This document shows positions 28,502 to 41,660 of a stretch of DNA of 64,000 nucleotides, in pieces. Each line of letters starts with the position of its first letter. The stretch's first letter is position 1. The stretch covers positions 54,870,001 through 54,934,000 of the forward strand of contig OZ024748.1 of NCBI GenBank assembly GCA_964016885.1, in the 5' to 3' direction. A program made the translations under genes and the position numbers. The notes beneath the pieces are model-generated. The model was not told where the DNA came from. It did not search any database and saw only the letters and a program-made list of their open reading frames with translations. This stretch comes from Eledone cirrhosa (lineage: Eukaryota).

Positions 28502-30244
28502 AACTTTGGAAATAATGAAACTGAAATCCTATTATCAAATATTAAAAGGTCTTGTTTGTTTGTTTTCAAAGTCATCTCAGAAATAACTACAGTAAGTGGT
28601 AAAATATGGTGATTAAGGAAAAAACGAAAAATCTAAGTGATTAGCTAACACTGTTGTCCGGCTGTGAAAGCGAATGGAGACACTTTGCCTGAAGTATATT
28701 TCCATCATGGCTTCCTGATTCTGATGTAACTAGCTAAACTATATAGAAATGTTGTAAAAGAAACAAAAATGTCTGGTCTCGGAAAATAAGGTTAATTGGT
28801 AATTTAATCATAAAGGGTCATTGACCGTATATTCAGAATGATAACGGTGGGTATAGATATTTCTAATGTTATCAGCACCAGAAATTTTAAGCTAGTTTAA
28901 TAAAAGTCAAGCAATTATTTACTACCATTTCTCTAGTACCTTTGGGAAGTAATATCACAAGATAAACATGGGCCCAACTTGAAGTATAAATAGCCCCCAA
29001 ATCGGTTGCTTAATTTTCAGAGAATACTCTGAGTTATAAAATCAATATTGTGTTTTCAGCAAAAACAAATATACTTTAAGAAGATCTATATGTTTTTGTG
29101 GTTGCAATGTACTTCCACACGCGATGGAAAGTTAAGTTAGCATGTTGTATGGTGTTTCAACTACTATTAACTCAGTGTTCTGTACTACATTTAACCATTC
29201 TTAAAACCTTTAAAACAGCATTTTGACTGCATTACATTAAAAAAAAATTGAGGTTTTAGGTTTACAGCAAATTTTGACAATTTTCACAAATAAAGATTGC
29301 CATAAACATTTGAATTAAACTTATTTTAAGATATTTTCGGCTAAATCATTAGAGGATATTACAAATTAACATTTATTCGTTTTATGAAAGATTTACTATA
29401 TCACACTCCCGGGAATTCTAAATGATTTAGTTTCTACATTTTCATTGTGTAAGCTTCTATGTTTTTCGCTCTTAATTGCTTCACTATTTTCATTACTTTC
29501 AGGTTGAAATAGAAAACGCAAACAAGTATTGACCACATATATAGAAACAAAACATTCTTGTTTTGAGATTCATGAATTGGTCATATGTTTTCACTGATTA
29601 ATCGGGGCGGGACGGACAGCACCTATGACAATTTTTTTATGCCCAAATATTTGCAAGAGAATGAACTCCACTAAACGTTCCAAAAGACCAGGGAATGATG
29701 TAAGATCAAGCGATGAATTAAGTCAACTACCCAATAACAGAGAATGCGAATAGTCTGAACAGATACCAGAAGAAATAATGTTCAACGCAGTAACAACTTC
29801 GTCAACCCCAACGCTCTAGAGTGACAGTTAAATTATCGAGCCCCAAACAATGAAAAACAAAATTGGGCCATTTCTTAAAATTATGTAAATGAGTGAGACC
29901 ATCGATGCAATTGCATTTGTTGTGTGTAGTTCCGGAAGAACTAAGTTCGTGTGCGTTCTACACATGATTTTCCAGCCTATCTTTTTGTCTATAGAGAATT
30001 ACATTATTGAATATCTATTCTTAAGACAACAGATTTAAGACTACTATTTTCAGGATGTCAAACGAATGCGTCGAAACTCGCTTGCTGGTTTGTCTTGCTC
30101 GTGTATTTTGTTAATGATAAACGTTGGAGAAACAAGGAAAGTTAAGCTCGAGGCGACACTGGTTTGATCCTCGTCTGATGTTAGATTCAACCATTTCATT
30201 TAAGCCACTAAATAACAAATAGATGGTGTCATTATTTCCTGTCC

Positions 30245-30388
30245 CTCCGCCGAGGTTAGCGTTGCCTTTCATCCTTACAGGGTCGATAAACTAAAGTACC
30301 AGTAAAGTACATCTAACTTACTGTGGTCGATTTAATCGATTTTCCCCTCCCTTAAAATTCTTGGTCTTGTGCCTAAATCAGAAACCTT
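30245..30388 (+). mobile_element. SINE family A, 5'-truncated older copy
   Basis: CCGCCGAGGTTAGCGTTGCCTTTCATCCTTACAGGGTCGATAAA..CTTGTGCCTAAATCAGAAAC. Confidence 0.75.
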
Positions 30389-30592
30389 TACTTCCATCCT
30401 TAAACCTTTTTATTTTGACATTCAAATTATTTGAGGACTATACAGGAATTAAATCATTACTCTTTTAACTGTTGCTCCAGTTGCTAAGGCAGTTGTTTGT
30501 TGCTGAGGTTATATCAGTGCTGACCCAGTAGGCATATGATCAAAGAAGTTCTAGTCATGACCATTCAATCTTTTCTTTAGTCATAATGTATG

Positions 30593-31090
30593 AAATATGA
30601 AATCCATATTTACAAACCGAAACATCGGTATATACACAAAAACCCGCGTCCTGAAAACATACGTTTAATTCGTCCTTCTATACGGTTATGAATGCTGAAC
30701 AATAAGCTATAAAGCGGCAAGGAAATTTGAAGCTGCTGAAATGTGGTTCATCCAGAAAACAGTCAACATATCTTGGACAGAACAGAAAACCAACGATAAC
30801 GCCCTAAGACTGCCAGGAATGAAAAACATCTCTTGTCCATACTATTAGAAAGAGAAAATTGGGAATCTTTGACTACATAAATAGAAGAGATGGCTTGGAG
30901 AAGCTGATTCTTTATGGCAAGATCGCTGGAAATCAGAGACAAGGAGAGACAAAGAACAATATTTACAGATAGCCTGAGCAAATATATCAAAGAAAATAGG
31001 TCGAGGAAGAGAGGCAATATCACGAATACAGATACCAGGAAGGACTGGAGAGTTATGATCGCTGATGACTGGAACAGATCTGGCACTTGA
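30593..31090 (+). mobile_element. RTE-BovB-like LINE, 5'-truncated 3' end, inserted in a family C repeat
   Basis: Reads MKSIFTNRNIGIYTKTRVLKTYV*FVLLYGYEC*TI..RKFEAAEMWFIQK..ISWTEQKTN..TIRKRKLGIFDYINRRDGLEKLILYGKIAG..GRQRT..DWRVMIAD..GT*. 10-bp TSD ATAATGTATG at 30583-30592 and 31090-31099. Confidence 0.9.
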
Positions 31091-31311
31091 TAATGTATGT
31101 ATCGAATGTGTTTTTCACTTTTGAATAGGTTAGGGCATGATTTAATAGAGATTTTGCTGTTTCTTCTAACATATCAAGCATTTGCTTAGAGGATTCCTTT
31201 CGTTTATTCCTTATAGCAGCTGTTGGGGTTATCTCCCCTGATATTGTTTCTGTTGTTGTTGTTAGGGTTGCCTTTGTTTTCTTCTATCGCTTCTTATTGG
31301 TACAGCAGCAG

Positions 31312-31412
31312 CCTTCGACTTTGCCTTTCATCCTTACGGGGTCGATAAAATAAAGTACCAGTAATGCACTGGGTATTTGCTGGCCTTGTGCCTAAAGTAG
31401 AAACAATTATTA
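31312..31412 (+). mobile_element. SINE family A, 5'-truncated young copy
   Basis: Body and 3' end match the young subfamily. Confidence 0.85.
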
Positions 31413-31656
31413 GTAGTAATAGTAGTCTTCATTATTGAAGTTTTGTTGTTGCTGCTGCTATTGCCGTCGTCATCATCATCATCATCATCATCACTAATTC
31501 TTAGTCGTCGTCGTTGTCATAGTCTTTGCTGCCAGCGTTGCTAGGCCTCGAGCGATCACTGGACATAGTGTCACCCCCCCCCCTCACACCGTTGTAACTT
31601 CACAGTAGACTAATCTATAACAGAGTAATAAATCAAAACCACCACTAACAGTCTAT

Positions 31657-31737
<81 letters not shown>

Positions 31738-31798
31738 CACATATATACATATATATATACACATTCACAAACACACATATATATACACACTCATATAT

Positions 31799-31833
<35 letters not shown>

Positions 31834-31901
31834 TATACATACATACACACATATGCATACACACACACACATATATATATATACATACACACACATACAT
31901 T

Positions 31902-31935
<34 letters not shown>

Positions 31936-32036
31936 CATTCACACATATATATATATCCATACACACACACACATATATTATATATATATATATACATACA
32001 CACACATATATATATATACATATAAATATACATATT

Positions 32037-32070
<34 letters not shown>

Positions 32071-32135
32071 CCATACACACACACACACATATATATATAT
32101 ACATACACACACACATATATATATACATATTACAC

Positions 32136-32171
<36 letters not shown>

Positions 32172-32344
32172 ATACACACACACACATATATATATATATA
32201 CATACACACACATATATATATATATATATATACATACAAATATACATATTACACACACATATACATATATATATCCATACACATATATATCAAACATTGT
32301 CTATTATTCCAGAGAGTAATTTCTTTCATAGCAACCTTGGAGTT

Positions 32345-34930
32345 TTGCTGCCTCTCTCACTGACGTTGCTGCTGCTGCTGCCTCTGTCCCTAGTGCTGCT
32401 GCTGCTGTTGGCTCTGTCCCTAGTGCTGCTGTTGCTGTTGCCTCTGTCCCTAGTGCTGCTGCTGCTACTGCCTCTGTCCCTAGTGCTGCTGTTGCCTCTG
32501 TCCCTAGTGCTGCTGTTGCCTCTGTCCCTAGTGCTGCTGCTGCTACTGCCTCTGTCCCTAGTGCTGCTGTTGCCTCTGTCCCTAGTGCTGCTGCTACTAC
32601 TGCCTCTGTCCCTAGTGCTGCTGTGCCTCTGTCCCTAGTGCTGCTGCTACTACTGCCTCTGTCCCTAGTGCTGCTGTTGCCTCTGTCCCTGGTGCTGCTG
32701 TTGCCTCTGTCCCTAGTGCTGCTGCTACTCATTCTGTCCCTAGTGCTGCTGTTGCTGTTGCCTCTGTCCCTAGTGCTGCTGCTGCTACTGCTTCTGTCCC
32801 TAGTGCTGCTGCTGCTACTGCTTCTGTCCCTAGTGCTGCTGCTGCTACTCATTCTGTCCCTAGTGCTGCTGTTGCTGTTGCCTCTGTCCCTAGTGCTGCT
32901 GCTGCTTTGCCTCTGTCCTTAGTGCTGCTGCTGCTACTGCTTCTGTCCCTAGTGCTGCTGCTGTTTTGCCTCTGTCCCTAGTGCTGCTGCTGCTACTCAT
33001 TCTGTCCCTAGTGCTGCTGTTGCTGTTGCCTCTGTCCCTAGTGCTGCTGCTGCTACTGCTTCTGTCCCTAGTGCTGCTGCTGCTACTGCTTCTGTCCCTA
33101 GTGCTGCTGCTGCTACTCATTCTGTCCTTAGTGCTGCTGTTGCTGTTGGCTCTGTCCCTAGTGCTGCTGCTGCTGTTGCCTCTGTCCCTAGTGCTGCTGT
33201 TGCTGTTGCCTCTGTCCCTAGTGCTGCTGCTGCTGTTGCCTCTGTCCCTAGTGCTGCTGCTGCTGTTGCCTCTGTCCCTAGTGCTGCTGTTGCTGTTGCC
33301 TCTGTCCCTAGTGCTGCTGCTGCTGCTGTTGCCTCTGTCCCTAGTGCTGCTGCTGCTGTTGCCTCTGTCCCTAGTGCTGCTGCTGCTTTGCCTCTGTCCT
33401 TAGTGCTGCTGCTGCTACTGCTTCTGTCCCTAGTGCTGCTGTTGCTGTTGCCTCTGTCCCTAGTGCTGCTGCTGCTACTGCTTCTGTCCCTAGTGCTGCT
33501 GCTGCTGTTGCCTCTGTCCCTAGTGCTGCTGCTGCTGTTGCCTCTGTCCCTAGTGCTGCTGTTGCTGTTGCCTCTGTCCCTAGTGCTGCTGCTGCTGTTG
33601 CCTCTGTCCCTAGTGCTGCTGCTGCTTTGCCTCTGTCCTTAGTGCTGCTGTTGCTGTTGGCTCTGTCCCTAGTGCTGCTGCTGCTACTGCTTCTGTCCCT
33701 AGTGCTACTGTTGCTGTTGCCTCTGTCCCTAGTGCTGCTGCTGCTTTGCCTCTGTCCCTAGTGCTGCTGCTGCTACTGCTTCTGTCCCTAGTGCTGCTGT
33801 TGCTGTTGGCTCTGTCCCTAGTGCTGCTGTTGCTGTTGCCTCTGTCCCTAGTGCTGCTGTTGCTGTTGCCTCTGTCCCTAGTGCTGCTGCTGTTTTGCCT
33901 CTGTCCCTAGTGCTGCTGCTGCTACTCATTCTGTCCCTAGTGCTGCTGTTGCTGTTGCCTCTGTCCCTAGTGCTGCTGCTGCTACTGCTTCTGTCCCTAG
34001 TGCTGCTGCTGCTACTGCTTCTGTCCCTAGTGCTGCTGCTGCTACTGCTTCTGTCCCTAGTGCTGCTGCTGCTACTCATTCTGTCCCTAGTGCTGCTGTT
34101 GCTGTTGGCTCTGTCCCTAGTGCTGCTGCTGCTACTGCTTCTGTCCCTAGTGCTGCTGTTGCTGTTGCCTCTGTCCCTAGTGCTGCTGTTGCTGTTGCCT
34201 CTGTCCCTAGTGCTGCTGCTGCTGTTGCCTCTGTCCCTAGTGCTGCTGCTGCTACTCATTCTGTCCCTGGTGCTGCTGTTGCTGTTGGCTCTGTCCCCAG
34301 TGCTGCTGCTGCTACTGCTTCTGTCCCCAGTGCTGCTGCTGCTACTGCCTCTGTCCCTAGTGCTGCTGCTGCTACTCATTCTGTCCCTAGTGCTGCTGTT
34401 GCTGTTGGCTCTGTCCCTAGTGCTGCTGCTGCTACTGCTTCTGTTCCTAGTGCTGCTGTTGCCTCTGTCCCTAGTGCTGCTGTTGCTGTTGGCTCTGTCC
34501 ATAGTGCTGCTGCTGCTACTGCTTCTGTCCCTAGTGCTGCTGTTGCTGTTGGCTCTGTCCCTAGTGCTGCTGCTGCTACTGCTTCTGTCCCTAGTGCTGC
34601 TGTTGCTGTTGCCTCTGTCCCTAGTGCCGCTGTTGCCTCTGTCCCTAGTGCTGCTGCTGCTGTTGCTTCTGTCCCTAGTGCTGCTGTTGCTGCCTCTGTC
34701 CCTGGTAGTTACGTTGCTGCTGCTGCTGCCTCTGTCACTGACGTTGCTGCTGCTGTTGCCTCTGTCCCTAATGCTGCTGCTGCTGTTGTTGTCTCTGTCC
34801 CTAGTGTTGCTGTTGCTGCTGCCTCTGTCCCTAGTGCTGCTGCCTCTGTCCCTGGTACTTACGTTGCTGCTGCTGTTGACTCTGTCACTGACGTTGCTGC
34901 TGCTGCTGCCTCTGTCCCTGGTACTGCTGT
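32345..34930. repeat. 24/30-bp minisatellite CTGTCCCTAGTGCTGCT(GCT)n.., about 85 units
   Basis: Constant CTGTCCCTAG anchor with a variable (GCT/GTT) run. Confidence 0.95.
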
Positions 34931-35459
34931 TGTTGCTGTTGTATGTGGTGACGTTGGTATGTGGTTGTGTTGCTAGTAATGAGAGTCTAGTCCATGTAGT
35001 CGTGTATATGGTGGGATGAGTTAAAGTAATTGGCGGAGTCATTAGTGTGTTGGATTCAATGCCTTGCGGTATTTGTTTCGTTTCTCTGTTCTGAGTTCAA
35101 ATCCTGCTGAGCTCAAGCTTGCCTTTCATTTGCTCGGAGTCGATAAATAAAGTACCAATGTAGAACGTTGTATTAACAGAATTTGTGATGTAGTTGTCAT
35201 TGTCTAATGGTGATTCAATGGTGAGTTACTGGTGACGTAGTGGTGAGATAGTGGCGATGTTAATGTAGTTGTAATGTAGTGGTTGTGTTCATAAGTGGTG
35301 AGGTACTGGTTATGTCTTGGTGGTGGGGTAGTAGCGATATAGTTGTGACAGAGTTGTGAGGTAGTTGCTGTGTTAGTGATGTGGTGGTAAGGTAAGTGTG
35401 ATGTTAATGATATAGTTGTAATGTAGTGGTTATGTTCATAATGAAGTGATGAGGTACTG

Positions 35460-36370
35460 GTTATGTAGCGGTGGTTATGTAGCGATGGTTATATAGCGGT
35501 GGTTATGTAGCGGTGGTTATGTAGCGGTGGTTATGTAGCGGTAGTTATGTAGCGGTGGTTATGTAGCGGTGGTTATGTAGCGGTGGTTATGTAGTGGTGG
35601 TTATGTAGCGGTGGTTATGTAGCGGTGGTTATGTAGCGGTGGTTATGTAGTGGTGGTTATGTAGCGGTGGTTATGTAGCGGTGGTTATGTAGCGGTGGTT
35701 ATGTAGCGGTGGTTATGTAGTGGTGGTTATGTAGCGGTGGTTATGTAGCGGTGGTTATGTAGCGGTGGTTATGTAGCGGTGGTTATGTAGCGGTAGTTAT
35801 GTAGCGGTAGTTATGTAGCGGTGGTTATGTAGCGGTGGTTATGTAGCGGTGGTTATGTAGCGGTGGTTATGTAGCGGTAGTTATGTAGCGGTAGTTATGT
35901 AGCGATGGTTATATAGCGGTGGTTATGTAGCGGTGGTTATGTAGCGGTGGTTATGTAGCGGTGGTTATGTAGTGGTGGTTATGTAGCGGTGGTTATGTAG
36001 CGGTGGTTATGTAGCGGTGGTTATGTAGCGGTAGTTATGTAGCGGTAGTTATGTAGCGATGGTTATATAGCGGTGGTTATGTAGCGGTGGTTATGTAGCG
36101 GTGGTTATGTAGCGGTGGTTATGTAGTGGTGGTTATGTAGCGGTGGTTATGTAGCGGTGGTTATGTAGCGATGGTTATATAGCGGTGGTTATGTAGCGGT
36201 GGTTATGTAGCGATGGTTATATAGCGGTGGTTATGTAGCGGTGGTTATGTAGCGGTGGTTATGTAGCGGTGGTTATGTAGTGGTGGTTATGTAGCGGTGG
36301 TTATGTAGCGGTAGTTATGTAGCGGTGGTTATGTAGCGGTGGTTATGTAGCGGTGGTTATGTAGTGGTGG
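35460..36370. repeat. 14-bp minisatellite GTAGCGGTGGTTAT, about 65 copies
   Basis: Direct inspection. Confidence 0.95.
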
Positions 36371-37189
36371 GATAGCGGTGATGTAGTGGCTATGTAGAGG
36401 GTATGTAGTGGGGGCGTTAGTGATGTGGTGATAAGGTAGGTGTGGTGTTAATGATGCAGAAGTGATAAGAGTGGTAATGCGCTATAGTAGTGGTAGTAGT
36501 AGTGGTAATAGGTGATGAAGGAGGTGACAGTCGTAGTAATGTCCAAGTAGTGGTTATGACTTTGTTATATTGGGTGTGCAGTGTACGTGCCATATAGAGG
36601 CAATGTATTGTTGTTGTTTAAACCCAGATCAGAGCAGAATTCAGGCAGCAACTCGTCAAATATACTCAGACAGAATGGCAAGGGCCGTAACTCCATGTGT
36701 CAAAGCATGGTGTCCGATCCTCTACCGATACTGCCAATCATATAATGTTTCTTTTTCTTTTAAGACTGGAGCGTGAGATTAAAGCGAGGATCTGGCTGTT
36801 ATTTCTAGCTAAAACCAAGTGAGCAGTGATATTGCTGTCTATTGGGGTGAAGATCGCAATGGTTGTGCTGCTGCTGGTGGTTGCAGCATGGATAATTTAG
36901 TGGTAATTATAGTCAGTGGTGACTACGAAGGTAGAGGTGGTATATACTATTATTAATAATAGTAGTAGTAGTAGTAGTATTAGTAGGTGTAGTAATAGAA
37001 GTGGTAATGGTAGCATTTGTAGTGTTAAGAGTGACTAGGGTGGTAGTGACCAGATTGATGCTGGTGATGATGGAAATGTAGGACTCATAAAAATACGATT
37101 GTATTTAGTTATGTATACAAGTATAATCTAAATATCACACGCACACACACATTTATATACATACATACATACATACATACATACATACA

Positions 37190-37222
<33 letters not shown>

Positions 37223-37729
37223 GTGTAAAAACCCAGAGAGAGAGAGAGATAGGGATAGAAAGAGAACATGTGTAAGTATAAAAAGTCTGGGCGTGGTGAC
37301 GTTTATAAATACGAGTTTGAAGAGGGTGGGTGTAGATGGCGGGTAGAAAACAGAACATTAAGAGTAAAAGCCGACATTTTTTCCTCTTACAGATATCAAT
37401 TAAAAGGCACAAATGAGTTAGTGGAGTGACCTAAATATTTCCGCTCTGCATACGTAAAGTCGAATGATATGGTTTTCTCTCATTACATCCTTACGTTATT
37501 AACGGTTTCGCCTGTAGCCTGGAACGAGAAACCGCATGCTGGTCTCGACCAAGTCACTATGACAAGATAGTGGAATTGTCTGTCAGTCGAAGTAAAGGGC
37601 TCCTTACTCCTGGTGGTGATGGTGATAGAACTGTTAGGGCGCCAAGGTTCTGACACGAGGTGTCGTGTCTTGAGCTTCTTAAACCTGGCGGAACCCATCC
37701 CTCGCAAATTTGAAATATAGCTTGTTTGA

Positions 37730-38460
37730 GAAAGAGAGGGAGAGAACGAGAGAGAGAACGAAGGAGAGAGAGAACGAAGGAGAGAACGAGAGAGAGAACG
37801 AAGGAGAGAGAGAACGAAGGAGAGAACGAAGGAGAGAACGAAGGAGAGAACGAAGGAGAGAACGAAGGAGAGAACGAAGGAGAGAGAATGAGAGATAATG
37901 AGAGAACGAAGGAGAGATAGAAGGAGAGAGAATGAGAGAGAATGAGAGAAACGAAGGAGAGATAGAAGGAGAGAGAGAAGGAGAGAACGAAGGAGAGAGA
38001 GAAGGAGAGAGAGAAGGAGAGAACGAAGGAGAGAACGAGAGAACGACAGAGAGAGAGAGAACGAGAGAACGACAGAGAGAGAGAACGAGAGAATGACAGA
38101 GAGATAGAGAGAACGACAGAGAGAGAGAACGAGAGAACGACAGAGAGAGAGAACGAGAGAACGACAGAGAGATAGAGAGAGAGAACGACAGAGAGATAGA
38201 GAGAGAGAACGAGAGAACGAGAGAACGACAGAGAGATAGAGAGAGAGAACGAGAGAACGAGAGAACGACAGAGAGATAGAGAGAGAGAACGAGAGAGAGA
38301 ACGAGAGAGAGAACGAGAGAGAGAACGAGAGAGAGAACGAGAGAGAGAACGAGATAGAGAACGAGAGAACTTCAGAGAACGAAAGAACGACAGAGAAAGA
38401 GAAAAAGCGAACGAGAGAAAGAGAACGAGAGAAAGAGAATGAGCGAATAAACGCGAACGA
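37730..38460. repeat. GA-rich compound repeat (GAGAACGAAG / GAGAACGACA)
   Basis: Direct inspection. Confidence 0.9.
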
Positions 38461-38805
38461 GGGAGAGAGAGAATCGGCTCTTAACTAGAACTTTATTTAT
38501 CGACCTTGAATGAATAAAATGAAAAGTTAACATCAGTGTGATTCGAAATGAGAGATCAGTGAGCCGGAACAAATTACCGAGACAGTTTTAATAGGATGCC
38601 CTAAGGACTCTCCTAATTCCTCGCCAGTCTTACAGACCGTATAATCTCTGGCAGGTTATAATCTCGTCATGTGGGTTTGAAGAATTATTTTTGTAACTAC
38701 ACAGAATATGAAGGAAAATAAGGCGAAGAAGGAAAATAAGGCGAGAAAAACGATGTAAATTATTTTGTTGATTAGAAGAAAAACAGCGAAGAAAATGATG
38801 ATAAT

Positions 38806-39306
38806 AATAATTGTTTCTACTTTTGGATGTAAGGATGAAAGGCAAAGTTAACCTCGGCGGGATTTGAATTCAGACCATAAAGGGCCGTAACTCTTTGCTG
38901 CAAAGCATGTCGTCCGACCCTCTACCGATACTGCCAATCTACCGCCAATCGCTAATAATAATAATAGTAATTATTATATCATTATTATATCATATATTAC
39001 GTTCTGAGTTCAAATCCCGCCGAGATTAACTTTGCCTTTCATGCTTACGGGGTCGATAAAATAAAGTACCAGTAATGCATTGGGTAATTATGGCCTTGTG
39101 CCTAAAGTAGAAACAATTATTGTTAGCGATTGGCAGTATCGGTAGGGGGTCGGACGTCCTGCTTTGCAGCAAAGAGTTACGGCCCTTTATGGTCTGAGTT
39201 CAAATGCCGCCGAGGTTAACTTTGCCTTTCATCCTTACGGTGTCGAGAAAATAAAGTACCAGTAATGTACTGGTTAATTTCTGGCCTTGTGCCTAAAGTA
39301 GAAACA
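38806..39306. mobile_element. SINE family A trio: minus copy 38806-38946, plus truncated 38997-39120, plus 39129-39306
   Basis: The outer two copies are inverted. They share the private variant TTTGCAGCAAAGAGTTACGGCCC and the 5' flank TTAGCGATTGGC. Confidence 0.85.
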
Positions 39307-39562
39307 AAAAAAGAAAAACGAAAACGAAGAAATAAACGAAAACGAGGAAAAAGAGGAAAATGAAGAGAACAACAACAACAAGGCAAAGAAGAAGAAGAAG
39401 AAGAAGAAGAAGAAGAAGAAGAAGAAGAAGACGAAGAAGAAGAAGAAGAAGAAAGATAAGAAAATGAGGACCAGAAAGAAAAGGTGAAGAAGATTAAAAA
39501 AACAATATGTAATGATGAAATAGGATTTGTTTTGCTATTAATAACTATGATTGGAAAAAATC

Positions 39563-39613
<51 letters not shown>

Positions 39614-39719
39614 TCTCCATGTGCGTTTATTTTCATAATTCCGCACGAGGTGAACTAGCCTGCTTTTAATTTCCCTTTCTGGCATATTTTGGCAGTGATA
39701 CTTTTGGTTATCGTGTTGA

Positions 39720-39800
39720 GCTCTACTGAGGAACGACTCCAGCCGTGACAAATCCCACTGAAAAGTTTCGTGAAATAGTCTTTTTAAGACTATATAGAGC
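39720..39800 (+). ncRNA. Type I hammerhead ribozyme with complete monomeric fold
   Basis: Stem I GCTCTA/TAGAGC (6 bp); core CTGAGGA 39726-39732; stem II ACGA/TCGT with a 31-nt loop; GAA 39772-39774; stem III ATAGTCTT-ttt-AAGACTAT (8 bp); cleavage after A39794 (AUA). Confidence 0.88.
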
Positions 39801-40339
39801 ATTTGTAGTTTTTCCAAATTGAAGGATGAGTATTTAAACTTTCTTTTATTCTGAGTTAAGACTCTACTGGTTTTTACCCTGGATTTCACAAAATCTGTGG
39901 ATAAAATCTCTGTCTTGATTTTTTTTTAATTGAGTTTGAATTATTTTCCCATATCTTACGTTAATTATTTTCCATTTTGACGCTATAGTCACTTATATAT
40001 TATGGAATACTGTTGGCTTCTTGCTCACATTAATTTCTATATTTTCATTTATACCTATCTATATAGATATAGAGAGAGGGAGAAGGAGGGATAGGGAGAG
40101 AGAGGGTGTGAGAGAGAGGGAGGGGGAGAGAGGGAGGGATAGGGAGAGAGGGAGAGAGAGAGAAGGAAAGAGAGAGAGAGAGAGTGAGGGAGAGACAGAG
40201 AGAGAGAGAGGGAGAGTGAGGGCGAGACAGAGAAGGTGAGAGGGAGAGAGGAAGACAGAGGGAGAGATAGATAGAGAGGGAGGGAGAGATAGATAGAGAG
40301 AAAGACAGATAGAAAGCGAAAGATAGGAATCAAACGTTA

Positions 40340-41660
40340 ATGATGTTGATGATGATGATGTTGATGATGATGATAATGTTGATGAATGACTATGATGATG
40401 ATTGTGATGGCTATGATGATGATTGTGATGACTGATGTTGATTGTGATGACTGATGTTGATTGTGATGACTATGATGATGATTGTGATGGCTATGATGTT
40501 GATTGTGATGACTATGATGTTGATTGTGATGACTATGATGATGATTGTGATGGCTATGATGTTGATTGTGATGACTATGATGAAGATTGTGATGGCTATG
40601 ATGTTGATTATGATGGCTATGATGATGATTGTGATGGCTATGATGATTGTGATGACTATGATGTTGATTGTGATGGCTATGATGTTGATTATGATGACTA
40701 TGATGTTGATTATGATGACTATGATGTTGATTATGATGACTATGATGATGATTGTGATGGCTGATGTTGATTGTGATGGCTATGATGTTGATTGTGATGA
40801 CTATGATGTTGATTGTGATGGCTATGATGATGATTGTGATGGCTATGATGTTGATTGTGATGACTATGATGAAGATTGTGATGGCTATGATGTTGATTAT
40901 GATGGCTATGATGATGATTGTGATGGCTATGATGATTGTGATGACTATGATGTTGATTGTGATGGCTATGATGTTGATTATGATGACTATGATGTTGATT
41001 ATGATGACTATGATGTTGATTATGATGACTATGATGATGATTGTGATGGCTGATGTTGATTGTGATGGCTATGATGTTGATTGTGATGACTATGATGTTG
41101 ATTGTGATGGCTATGATGATGATTGTGATGGCTATGATGTTGATTGTGATGGCTATGATGATTGTGATGGCTATGATGATGATTGTGATGACTGATGTTG
41201 ATTGTGATGACTATGATGATTGCGATGGCTATGATGATGATTGTGATCACTATGATTTTGATGACTATGATGATTGCGATGGCTATGATGATTGTGATGA
41301 CTATGATGTTGATTGTGATGGTTATGATGTTGATTGTGATGGTTATGATGATGATTGTGATGACTATGATGTTGATTGTGATGACTATGATGATGATTGT
41401 GATGATTATGATGATGATTGTGATGACTATGATGATGATTGTGATGGCTATGATGTTGATTGTGATGACTATGATGTTGATTGTGATGACTATGATGATG
41501 ATTGTGATGACTATGATGATGATTGTGATGGCTATGATGATGATTGTGATGACTGATGTTGATTGTGATGACTATGATGATGATTGTGATGACTGATGTT
41601 GATTGTGATGACTATAATGATGATTGTGATGGCTATGATGTTGATTGTGATGATGATTAG
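40340..41660. repeat. (GAT)-derived ~21-bp minisatellite with a ~289-bp higher-order duplication
   Basis: GATGTTGATTGTGATGACTAT units; the same variant series recurs 289 bp apart. Confidence 0.9.

Noticed and set aside
32345-34930. CRISPR-like regular repeat or Leu-rich membrane protein
   Set aside because: There are no unique spacers or cas genes. It is a eukaryotic minisatellite with frameshifting units.
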